From an uncultured Candidatus Saccharibacteria bacterium (GTDB lineage Bacteria > Patescibacteriota > WWE3 > CAZQFB01), in the NCBI GenBank assembly GCA_964592525.1, contig CAZQFB010000001.1, forward strand, positions 212,413 to 276,412: a stretch of DNA of 64,000 nt, given 5' to 3'. Of the stretch, positions 49,822-58,464 are shown one piece after another. The notes beneath the pieces were generated by a model. The model made no database searches. It was given only the letters and a program-made list of their open reading frames with translations, and had not been told where the DNA came from. Made by a program: the position numbers and the translations under genes. How positions within the stretch are numbered: position 1 is the stretch's first letter; every line of letters starts with the position of its first letter.

Positions 49822-50897
49822 CTATTGTCCATGATGATTTTGTGCAGTGGGGTGGTGCGGAGCGTTTAGTTAAAGCTTGGGCTGAAGTATGGCCCCAAGC
49901 CGATATCTATACCGTCCAGTATGCACCTTTAGTAGGTGAGCTTAGCTGGTTGCAGCAACGTCGGTTGGTAGCTAGTTTTGTTCAACGTATTCCAGGCCAC
50001 ATTAAGTTGTATAAAACTTTGTTTTGGCTATACCCTTTGGCGGTAGAAAGCTTTGATCTTCGTGGTTATGATGTGGTGCTATCTTCGTCAGCACGTTTTG
50101 CCCATGGCGTGATAACTGCACCAGAAACCTTACATATTGCCTATATCAATTCTCCTCCCCGCATGCTTTGGGAGGAGTACTCCTACTTTGCGCATTCCTG
50201 GTTAAGACTGGGGTTAGCCCCACTGTTACACCTACTTAGATTGTGGGATTTTGTGGCTGGGCAAAGACCAGACTGGTTAATTGCTAATTCTCATTATGTG
50301 GCAGCTAAAATTGAGAAGCGCTACCATCGCCAAGTTACTAAAGTTATTCATCCTTTTACAGAAATTGCTCAATTGTATGAGTCTACAGAGCCTTGTAGAG
50401 AGGAAGTTGGCTTTTTAGTGGTCTCCCGTTTATTAGCTTGGAAACAATTAGCTCTGGTGATAAAAGTCTTTAATGATTTAGGGCTACCGTTGACTATTAT
50501 TGGGCAAGGTCCCGATTATCATCGGTTGCATAAATTAGCTGGTCCCACCATAAATTTCAAACAAGGTTTGACAGACGAAGAAGTGGCTAGCTATTATCTT
50601 AAGAGTATCGCTTTGCTCCATCCGCAGGAGGAGGATTTTGGCTTGACGCCACTGGAGGCTATGGCTCTGGGTAAGGGCGTGATAGCGTACCAAGCCGGAG
50701 GCGCTTTGGAAACAGTGGTCGCTGGTGTTACGGGGGAGTTTTTTAAGCCTCAAACAGCAGCCGCCTTAAAGAAAGTGATACTGGCTTATCAACCGCAAAA
50801 ATATCACCCGGAGACTTGTCGGGCGGTGGCAAGAAAGTTTAGCAAGGATAAATTTATATTAGCATTTCAGGAGTTGCTTAAAGGAAAAAATACGTGA
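49812..50897 (+). CDS. GT4 glycosyltransferase (WbaZ-like)
   Basis: IVHD...GGAER and EEDFG.TPLEAMA.GK.VIAY motifs. Confidence 0.9.
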   Translation: MRIAIVHDDFVQWGGAERLVKAWAEVWPQADIYTVQYAPLVGELSWLQQRRLVASFVQRIPGHIKLYKTLFWLYPLAVESFDLRGYDVVLSSSARFAHGVITAPETLHIAYINSPPRMLWEEYSYFAHSWLRLGLAPLLHLLRLWDFVAGQRPDWLIANSHYVAAKIEKRYHRQVTKVIHPFTEIAQLYESTEPCREEVGFLVVSRLLAWKQLALVIKVFNDLGLPLTIIGQGPDYHRLHKLAGPTINFKQGLTDEEVASYYLKSIALLHPQEEDFGLTPLEAMALGKGVIAYQAGGALETVVAGVTGEFFKPQTAAALKKVILAYQPQKYHPETCRAVARKFSKDKFILAFQELLKGKNT

Positions 50898-51523
50898 GTT
50901 ATCAAACACAAAAGCGAATTGTAGATTTAGTGGGCGGTTTTTTTGGTGTGCTTCTTTTTTCTCCCCTGCTGCTATTTTTAGCAGTTTACATATTTATGGT
51001 CTCTCCTGGTCCGGTATTAGCAGATACACCCAAAAGGGTAGGTAAAAACAACCGTCTTTTTCGGATGTACAAGTTTAGAACGATGATTCTGAATGCCCAT
51101 CAATATTTACTTGAACACCCTGATTTATATGAAGAATACAAAAATAATGATTACAAATTAGATAACGATCCACGCTGGATTCCGGGAGCACAGGTTATTA
51201 GAAAGTTCAGCCTTGATGAGTTCCCGCAGTTTTTTAATGTGCTAAAAGGAGAAATGAGTTTGGTGGGACCACGGGCTTACTACCCGTTTGAACTTAAGAG
51301 TCAGCAAGAAGTCTACCCGGAAGCAAGTCCTTATATTAAAAAACTGCTGCAAAGCAAACCAGGTTTAACTGGTCCGTGGCAAGTGGGTGGTAGGTCCGAA
51401 TTAAATTTTGTAGAGAGAGTGAAGCTAGATGCTACTTATGCTGATAATCAGTCTATCTGGTATGATCTGCAAATTATCTTTAAAACGCCTTTAGCAGTAA
51501 TCAGTGGAAAAGGAGCTTTGTGA
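50894..51523 (+). CDS. Priming phosphoglycosyl transferase (bacterial sugar transferase, WbaP/WcaJ C-terminal type)
   Basis: KR..D, YKFRTM, SLDEFPQ, GEMSLVGPR and KPGLTG.WQV motifs. Confidence 0.92.
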   Translation: MSYQTQKRIVDLVGGFFGVLLFSPLLLFLAVYIFMVSPGPVLADTPKRVGKNNRLFRMYKFRTMILNAHQYLLEHPDLYEEYKNNDYKLDNDPRWIPGAQVIRKFSLDEFPQFFNVLKGEMSLVGPRAYYPFELKSQQEVYPEASPYIKKLLQSKPGLTGPWQVGGRSELNFVERVKLDATYADNQSIWYDLQIIFKTPLAVISGKGAL

Positions 51524-53394
51524 AGAAAAGAAAGTATTATGCTCCTTCCCACATTGGTAAACTGGCTTGGCGGCGGAATTCGCGCCAGCCTAAATTTTCC
51601 CCCGCTAAATTTTTAACCCGGAAGAGAAAAACGATCATTGCTGTATTAACCCTAGTATTAGTGATTAGTTATTTTGCCTTGTTAAGACCTGTGGTGGTAG
51701 CTTACGCGACGGCGTCTAGTTTTAAAAAGAGTGCTCATAAGATAGCTGAAGAAATGAGGGAGCAAGATTTTGAAGCAATCTTGAAGGAGCTAGGCAAGAT
51801 GGAAAAAAAGATGGTTAAGCTTAATGATGTGGTGGGTCAATACCAGTATCTCTCTTTTATTCCCGGTACTGCAGTTTATTTTAAGGACTCGGAACATTTA
51901 ACGACAGCAGGGGTTCATGGCTTAAAGGCTTTAAGGATTGGCTTTGAAGCCTTAGAGCCGTATAAAGAAATTTTGGGGTTTAAGGATGATGTTGGTAGTA
52001 ATAAAGAACAGGACGTAAATAAATTAGTGGCAGCGGTAAACGTGTTACCGAAACTTGAGCCCCGCTATGACGAAATTGCGGTGGAAGTACATGCTGTTAG
52101 GTTGGCCTTAGATCAGGTAAAGCCAGCTGACTACCCCCAGCAACTAAAGGGTATTAAGGTCCAAGAGCAGCTATATTTTGCGCAAGAAATGTTACATCGT
52201 TTTGATGATGGTGCGCCCACAATTAAAGCATTCTTATCTAAACTACCTTCGGTTATGGGTGATCCGGCGTTTGGGGATAAGAAATATTTGATTTTAATGC
52301 AAAACGACAAAGAGCTTAGGGCTTCAGGAGGTTTTTTGACTTCTTATGCCATATTAACCTTGCGTGAGGGTAGTGTGGCTGATGTTGTGGCTGCCGATAC
52401 TTATGATTTAGATCAGCGGATCGGTTTGGTAACCGAACCCCACCCGGTGTTATCAAAATATCTGCAATTAGACCACTGGTTTGCCCGAGATGCTAACTTT
52501 TCCCCTGATTATGTGGAATCAGCCAAAACATTTTATGAGTTTTGGCAGATGGTGCCAAATGAAAATATTGACGGTATCTTTGCCATTGACACTGAAGTAC
52601 CGGCTGGGTTTTTGGAAGTGTTAGGCCCTGTCACTATTGAAGGCTATGAGGAGAAGTTTGATAGTGGAAATATTATTGAATTAATGAGTGACCAGGCTCG
52701 TGAATTGAGGGAGCATCGTGATCGTAAAGCCCTTATTGGGTTGTTGTTAGCTTCTTTGGAAAGCAAGGTTTTTGATGCTCCCCAAGAGCAATGGGCGCCT
52801 TTGTTTAAAAAGGTGCTGGAATTGCTATATGAAAAACATTTGTTACTCTATGCATTTGATCCGGAAGTGCAGAGTTTTTTTGAGGCCTTTAATTTTGCTG
52901 GTCGGGTAGTTGAATACCCCAACGATTATCTCTATGTTAATGACACAAATTTAGCTGGTGGTAAAGCCAACTTTTATATTGAGCAAACTATTACTAAAGA
53001 GGTGTACCCAGAGGGTGATAGCCTGGTATCAAGGGTTGCTGTAAAGTACCACAACCAGGGTGAGTATGAAGCGGAGATTAACCCGGGGTATCAGAGTTAC
53101 GTGCGGGTCCATGTGCCTCTGGGTTCAGAGTTGCTGGCTTCTTCAGGCTCCCTGGAGGCGGTCAAAACCGATACTGATTTAGGTAAAACTGTCTTTATCG
53201 CTCTTAATTTAACTCCGCCCAAGGAAGAGTCAGAATTAATATTCCGTTATAAATTACCTTCTCACCTCACTTTGGCTAATTATTCACTCTTGCTGCAAAA
53301 ACAGCCGGGTAAACCAAATGATCCTTATCGCGTGGTGGTTGGTGATTTTGTTGAGGAATTTGAGTTACGAACTGATAAGGAAATCAAGCTCTAG
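51520..53394 (+). CDS. DUF4012-domain membrane-anchored protein
   Basis: N-terminal TM; YLIL.QN..ELR.SGGF, RD.N.SPD and QKQPG motifs. Confidence 0.8.
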   Translation: MKKRKYYAPSHIGKLAWRRNSRQPKFSPAKFLTRKRKTIIAVLTLVLVISYFALLRPVVVAYATASSFKKSAHKIAEEMREQDFEAILKELGKMEKKMVKLNDVVGQYQYLSFIPGTAVYFKDSEHLTTAGVHGLKALRIGFEALEPYKEILGFKDDVGSNKEQDVNKLVAAVNVLPKLEPRYDEIAVEVHAVRLALDQVKPADYPQQLKGIKVQEQLYFAQEMLHRFDDGAPTIKAFLSKLPSVMGDPAFGDKKYLILMQNDKELRASGGFLTSYAILTLREGSVADVVAADTYDLDQRIGLVTEPHPVLSKYLQLDHWFARDANFSPDYVESAKTFYEFWQMVPNENIDGIFAIDTEVPAGFLEVLGPVTIEGYEEKFDSGNIIELMSDQARELREHRDRKALIGLLLASLESKVFDAPQEQWAPLFKKVLELLYEKHLLLYAFDPEVQSFFEAFNFAGRVVEYPNDYLYVNDTNLAGGKANFYIEQTITKEVYPEGDSLVSRVAVKYHNQGEYEAEINPGYQSYVRVHVPLGSELLASSGSLEAVKTDTDLGKTVFIALNLTPPKEESELIFRYKLPSHLTLANYSLLLQKQPGKPNDPYRVVVGDFVEEFELRTDKEIKL

Positions 53395-54158
53395 TGTCCA
53401 CTATCAGAATTGAGGGGGTGGTGGTTAAAGTACGGAAATATGGAGAGAAAGATCGCCTGCTCACCATTTTTACCAGGGAACGGGGGAAAATTACAGCTTT
53501 AGCAAAAGGTTCTCGTTCTTTATGTAGCAAACGTTCACCTCATCTTGATTTGTTGTGCCACAATGAATTTATTTTAGCTACTGGATATGCTTGGGACATA
53601 GTGTTGGATACTTTTCCCATCCCCGGTAAGCGCCGAGATACGCCAACTCTTTCCCACATCGCGCAACTGTATTATTCAGGTGAGTTACTGGATTTATTTT
53701 TAGCGGATAAGCAAGCTAATGCTTTAATTTACGATGCTTTGGTAAACTTTCTCAATTCGCTAGTGAGATACCCAAGCCATGGGAATTTGTATACACAATT
53801 TCTCCTTCGTTATCAGTTGGCGGTACTAGAAGCGAGTGGTTTTAGTCCAGAGCTCCATAAATGTTTAGTATGCCAGCAACCCCTTTCTCCCACGACAGTC
53901 TATTTTAGCCCCCAAAAAGGTGGGGTGATATGTGCATCTTGTGCCGGTCAGGTACTAGATTCAGTTGTGATGAGTTTAGAGGCGCTTAAAGTAATGCGCT
54001 TTCTCAAAAAAGCGAGTGATGATGAAATAGCTTTATTGCTATTGCGACAGAAATTGCTGGCCGAGGTTCAAACGCAACTTAATCGGCATATTGAGTGGGT
54101 GGGCGAACGAAAAATGAGGACAACTTCACTATTTAATGAACTTAATAAGTTTAGCTAA
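53394..54158 (+). CDS. recO: DNA repair protein RecO
   Basis: E.DR.LT.FT...GK....AKG OB fold; CxxC...CxxC zinc finger. Confidence 0.92.
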   Translation: MSTIRIEGVVVKVRKYGEKDRLLTIFTRERGKITALAKGSRSLCSKRSPHLDLLCHNEFILATGYAWDIVLDTFPIPGKRRDTPTLSHIAQLYYSGELLDLFLADKQANALIYDALVNFLNSLVRYPSHGNLYTQFLLRYQLAVLEASGFSPELHKCLVCQQPLSPTTVYFSPQKGGVICASCAGQVLDSVVMSLEALKVMRFLKKASDDEIALLLLRQKLLAEVQTQLNRHIEWVGERKMRTTSLFNELNKFS

Positions 54159-54247
54159 CGTTAGGGATATGAGAAGTTGCGACCAACGGGAGCAATTTGG
54201 GTGGAGAAGTCTGCAAGACTTCGTAACCTCATATCCCTTGTTATATT
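54153..54247 (-). other. attC-like recombination site (distal)
   Basis: Minus strand AATATAAC-A-AGGGATATGAG...CTCATATCCCT-AAC-GTTAGCT. Confidence 0.75.
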
Positions 54248-54312
54248 CCCCGAAGGGCTGAAATTTAGTGCAACGTCCCGAAGGGAAATTTCAGAGTTGC
54301 TCGGCGGCGGCG

Positions 54313-55125
54313 TTAAACTTTAATCTCCATTCCATCAAAGACAAAATCAAAATCCATATCAGAATATTGTTTTTTCATTTTTTGGAGATGCTTCTCTCCC
54401 CAAATATTGATTTCAACTTCTTCAATGTGGGTTATAAGGGTTCTTTTTGGTCTAATCTCTCTCAATCTTTGCATCAAGGCATCGAAAGAAATTTCAGAAG
54501 GAATATCGGAAAATAAACCGCATTCATTTATCAATAAATCTAAATCTCTGAAATTTTTGTAATTATCGAAACTAATAGTATCACAAGGAGCATATAAAAC
54601 TTTTTTGCCGTTACTTTCAATCAAGAAGGCATAAGTTTCGGATTCTTTTCCCTTATAACCCACAACAGTTATAGAAACATCTCCGATTTTGATTTTGTCT
54701 CCATCTTCGATAAGGTGCAATGCCCCTGTTTTCTGGACATTGATATAGTATTCAATAACAGGAAATCTTTGCTTAAGGGTCTCGAAAACTTTTTTTGCAA
54801 CATAAATATTAACAGTTCTATCTGCTTTGCCTGTTCTGAAATTATAATACGATTCAAGAAGATGTCTTAAACCGAATGTATGATCTGGATGCCAATGAGT
54901 AATAAATAGATTATCTACTTGTTTTATATTTCTTCGGTTTAAAGAATCCGCAATATCTTCACCGCAATCAATAACTGTATTTATCTCATTGATAAAGATA
55001 GAACTGCTGTTTCGTTTGAATGGTTCTCCAAGTTTTCGAGCTTTCTTGCAAATTGTACATTGGCAGTATGGTCTTGGTGTGGGCATTGCACCGCCAGAAC
55101 CTAAAATCGTAAGTTTCATACTCAT
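54313..55125 (-). CDS. MBL-fold metallo-hydrolase (PhnP-like), cassette 2
   Basis: LGSGG..P...CQC..C and THWHPDH motifs. Confidence 0.85.
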   Translation of the reverse strand: MSMKLTILGSGGAMPTPRPYCQCTICKKARKLGEPFKRNSSSIFINEINTVIDCGEDIADSLNRRNIKQVDNLFITHWHPDHTFGLRHLLESYYNFRTGKADRTVNIYVAKKVFETLKQRFPVIEYYINVQKTGALHLIEDGDKIKIGDVSITVVGYKGKESETYAFLIESNGKKVLYAPCDTISFDNYKNFRDLDLLINECGLFSDIPSEISFDALMQRLREIRPKRTLITHIEEVEINIWGEKHLQKMKKQYSDMDFDFVFDGMEIKV

Positions 55126-55176
55126 ACTATTTTCCTTAAAGTTTATAATTGTTTTGATTTAGCCGCCGAGCAATTG

Positions 55177-55320
55177 AATATAACGTCTGCGTGTATGAGA
55201 AGTTTCGCCGACTTCTCTATTATCTATAAAATGGAGGCGAAATTTGGGTGAAAGAAAAAGTGCAACCCTTGAAAATCATTAACGCACTTTTTCTTGAATC
55301 TCATACACACTGTTATCGGA
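55177..55320 (-). other. attC-like recombination site (proximal)
   Basis: Minus strand TCCGATAAC-AGT-GTGTATGAGA...TCTCATACAC-GCAGAC-GTTATATT. Confidence 0.75.
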
Positions 55321-55326
55321 TGTAAT

Positions 55327-55809
55327 TTAATAATTTTTTGGTATAAGCGAGATAATCTCCTCTACTGTTTCTTCTGGCGTTTGGTCAGTGTTATCAATAA
55401 TTTTGCCAAAAGCAGGCTGCGATATTCCAATATCATAATGATGCTTAATGCGATCGCGTTCCCATTGTGTCAATACTCTATCATTTGTATCGCTTTGCGC
55501 CTTTTTGATATCCGGCGATAGCGTGAAGAAATGTAATTCACTCCCCGTAAGTGCTGTTTTTAAATACTCATAGTTTTTTTGAGATAAGGGATAAGTAATC
55601 ACAACGTTATATCCATGTTTGGCAAAATTATTGATAACTAACACAGCATTTTCTAGGTTAATCGGAATCGCTTTATCTATTTCCAGCCAATGGATAAATT
55701 CGCGAAAACTATCAATCTCCACATTTGCTGTGTTTGGTATTTTACTGGTAAGTATTTTGGCTACCGTAGATTTTCCAGCGTTTATTGAGCCATTAATAAA
55801 GATGATCAT
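55327..55809 (-). CDS. Small P-loop kinase/AAA_33-like protein, cassette 1
   Basis: IIFINGSINAGKST Walker A motif. Confidence 0.8.
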   Translation of the reverse strand: MIIFINGSINAGKSTVAKILTSKIPNTANVEIDSFREFIHWLEIDKAIPINLENAVLVINNFAKHGYNVVITYPLSQKNYEYLKTALTGSELHFFTLSPDIKKAQSDTNDRVLTQWERDRIKHHYDIGISQPAFGKIIDNTDQTPEETVEEIISLIPKNY

Positions 55810-55832
55810 TTAAAAAAAATTATTAAATTATT

Positions 55833-55853
55833 TCCGATAACTGGTAATTATGC
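55833..55853 (-). other. attI-like site
   Basis: Minus strand GCATAAT-TACCA-GTTATCGGA; further CATAAT repeats toward the integrase. Confidence 0.6.
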
Positions 55854-55917
55854 AATTATTATAATATAACATATACCATATTATGTGTATTATGCATACT
55901 TATGTTATTTTGTTAAT

Positions 55918-56733
55918 ATGCAAAACATATTAAATAATACCGATAGAGCTTTGCGCTTGCGAAACTATTCCCCAAGAACAAAAAGCGCATATTTGCTTTA
56001 TATTAAGGACTATATCACCTTCTCAAAGCGTGCTGAATTCAAGAACAAACAACAAGCTGTTGAAGACTTTTTGCTTGATAAGCACAAACAAGGAAAATCC
56101 CCGCAAACAATTAATCTCGCCCTCAATGCTATAAAATTCTTGTACCATGAGGTAATAAAAGATCCGCAGAAAATTGATGTGAGGTATGCAAAAAGAAGTA
56201 AGAAACTGCCCATTGTATTGTCCCGAGCAGAAATTAATAAAATTATTGAGGCTACAGAAAACCCTAAATACAGACTGATGATTTCACTTAGCTATGGCTG
56301 TGGTATGAGAGTGAGTGAAGTTGTTAATCTAAAAGTTGCTGATTTGGATATTGACGATCTTGTGGTGCATATCAAAGGAGCAAAAGGCAGAAAAGATAGA
56401 ATTAGCGTGTTGCCCGAAAAGTTGCAGAACGACTTGCGAAACAGCATTGCTGGCAAATATATGAGCGAGTTTGTCTTTGCTTCCAATCGCGGGGGTAACC
56501 TAACAACCACATCATTGCAAAAAATGTTCCGCCAAAGTCTGACCAAGGCAAAGGTGCATAAACCCGCTACTTTTCACTCACTCCGACATTCTTTCGCAAC
56601 ACATCTACTTGAAAACGGTGTTGATGTTCGCTATGTGCAGGAGCTTCTTGGTCATCAAAATATTCGGACTACGCAAATATACACGCAAGTTACAAACCCA
56701 AGCCTTAAAAATATCAGCAGCCCCCTTTGTTAA
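55918..56733 (+). CDS. Integron-type tyrosine recombinase (N-terminal SAM-like domain; lacks IntI insertion)
   Basis: LRNYSPRT..AY, YG.GMRVSE, KG.KDR, HSLRHSFATHLL and LLGH..I.TT.IY motifs. Confidence 0.88.
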   Translation: MQNILNNTDRALRLRNYSPRTKSAYLLYIKDYITFSKRAEFKNKQQAVEDFLLDKHKQGKSPQTINLALNAIKFLYHEVIKDPQKIDVRYAKRSKKLPIVLSRAEINKIIEATENPKYRLMISLSYGCGMRVSEVVNLKVADLDIDDLVVHIKGAKGRKDRISVLPEKLQNDLRNSIAGKYMSEFVFASNRGGNLTTTSLQKMFRQSLTKAKVHKPATFHSLRHSFATHLLENGVDVRYVQELLGHQNIRTTQIYTQVTNPSLKNISSPLC

Positions 56734-56785
56734 AGCTTGTTCTACTGAATGATAGATTGTATTGTAATTTTGCTATACTCAGACT

Positions 56786-58141
56786 ATGGCGACTTTGGAG
56801 CAGATAGTTTCTTTATGCAAAAGACGTGGGTTTGTTTTTCAATCTTCTGAAATCTATGGCGGTTTCTCCGCTGTATATGACTATGGCCCCTATGGTGTGG
56901 AGCTGGCTAGAAACATTACCCACCATTGGTGGAAAGCCATGGTTCAGGATCATGAGAATATCGTGGGTTTAGATGCGGCTATTTTTATGCATCCCAAGGT
57001 GTGGGAAGCCTCTGGTCATATGAGTGGGTTCTCCGACCCTTTGGTGGAATGCAAGAGTACGGGTGAAAGATTGCGGGTAGATCTTCTTTTGGAGGAGGTT
57101 GGGGTAAGGGCCGATGAAAAAATGAGCCTTTCCGAAATCCAACAACTCTTTGATGAAAACTTTGAGCAACTCAACCTGCCTTCCCAAGACAGAGCAGACT
57201 ACTCACCAGTTCGCGCCTTCAATCTACTCGTAAAATCAAATCTTGGTGACTTCACTCAAGAAGGAGACGAGGTTTCTTATTTAAGAGGAGAAACCGCACA
57301 AGGAATCTATGTCAATTTTAAAAATGTGGTGGATTCCACTAGGCAAAAAGTACCTTTTGGCATCGCTCAAGTGGGTAAAGCTTTTAGAAACGAAGTAACC
57401 GCTCGTCAGTTTATCTTTCGCACCCGTGAGTTTGAGCAAATGGAGATGCAATATTTTGTGCACCCTGATTTGGAGATGAAAGAATATGAGGGTTGGAAAG
57501 AAAGAAGAATGCAGTACTACCAAGATTTAGGCATTGCCGAGAATAAACTACGTTGGGCTAAGCATGAAAACTTGGTTTTTTATGCTAAAGAGGCTTTTGA
57601 TATTGAATATGAATTTCCCTTTGGGTTTAAAGAAGTTGAGGGGTTACATGCCAGGGGTGATTATGACCTTTCCCAGCATAGTAAATATTCCGGGGTGGAT
57701 TTGACTTACTTTGACCCCCACACCGAGGAGAAATATATACCTCATGTGGTGGAAACTTCCACGGGAGTGGCTCGCAATCTGCTGATGCATTTGTGTAATG
57801 CGTACGCGGAAGAAGAAGAACGGGTTGTGCTTAAGCTTCCCTATCAATTGGCTCCCGTTAAAGTGGCTGTTTTTCCTCTGCTTAGGAACAAGCCAGAGCT
57901 GGTGACTCGTGCCAGGGAAATATTTAACAACTTAAAAGTCAGTTATATGTGCGAGTTTGATGATAACGGCAACATCGGTAAGCGTTACCGTCGTCAAGAT
58001 GAGATCGGCACTCCCTTTTGTGTCACTGTAGATTTTGATTCCCTTCAGCAAGGTGATGTGACAGTCAGAGAAAGAGACTCAATGAAGCAGGAGCGGTTGA
58101 GTGCTGACGCACTGCTTGCATATTTATCACCAAAACTTTAG
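56786..58141 (+). CDS. glyQS: Glycine--tRNA ligase (alpha2 type)
   Basis: KRRGF..S.IYGG, LRGETAQG, FRTREFEQME and GNIGKRYRRQDEIGTP motifs. Confidence 0.96.
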   Translation: MATLEQIVSLCKRRGFVFQSSEIYGGFSAVYDYGPYGVELARNITHHWWKAMVQDHENIVGLDAAIFMHPKVWEASGHMSGFSDPLVECKSTGERLRVDLLLEEVGVRADEKMSLSEIQQLFDENFEQLNLPSQDRADYSPVRAFNLLVKSNLGDFTQEGDEVSYLRGETAQGIYVNFKNVVDSTRQKVPFGIAQVGKAFRNEVTARQFIFRTREFEQMEMQYFVHPDLEMKEYEGWKERRMQYYQDLGIAENKLRWAKHENLVFYAKEAFDIEYEFPFGFKEVEGLHARGDYDLSQHSKYSGVDLTYFDPHTEEKYIPHVVETSTGVARNLLMHLCNAYAEEEERVVLKLPYQLAPVKVAVFPLLRNKPELVTRAREIFNNLKVSYMCEFDDNGNIGKRYRRQDEIGTPFCVTVDFDSLQQGDVTVRERDSMKQERLSADALLAYLSPKL

Positions 58142-58329
58142 TAATCACCCCAAAAACAAATATAAAACACGGTATTTTAACCACTTACTCTTGCTCCTTC
58201 TACTTTGCATCTGCAAACTAAAGTATTGAGTAAATCCAACCTTATTTTGAGTCACTTACCCTTTGTTTATCCTGCGCTAAATCTTGGTAGAGCAGGTACT
58301 GCGGAGGCTAATTAACTTGCATTACTATA

Positions 58330-58384
58330 TTGACACCACCATATAGTTAAAGGTAGTATGGTGATTAGTGGTGAATTATGGTGA
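58330..58384 (+). promoter_or_regulatory. dcw promoter with MraZ-type operator repeats
   Basis: TTGACA-18bp-TAGTAT; TGGTGA repeated three times at 10-bp spacing (58359, 58369, 58379). Confidence 0.7.
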
Positions 58385-58464
58385 TTTACCACCCTGTCCT
58401 GCCCAACCTTTTTATTTGGACAGGAGTATGCACTTTAATAACCTGTCCGCCAAAACACCATCCT

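Larger units (their letters stand above)
54153..56733. mobile_element. Integron-like element: integrase, attI and two gene cassettes
   Basis: Tyrosine recombinase divergent from two AT-rich ORFs; each ORF is bounded by matching GTT/AAC cores and followed by an attC-like palindrome. Confidence 0.78.

Noticed and set aside
54268-55813. Plus-strand ORFs 54268-54516, 55294-55521 and 55619-55813
   Set aside because: Antisense shadows of the cassette genes with no recognisable motifs.
55918-56733. Housekeeping XerC/XerD or prophage integrase
   Set aside because: The SAM-like N-terminus, the adjacent att-bounded cassettes and the absence of phage genes fit an integron-like role better.
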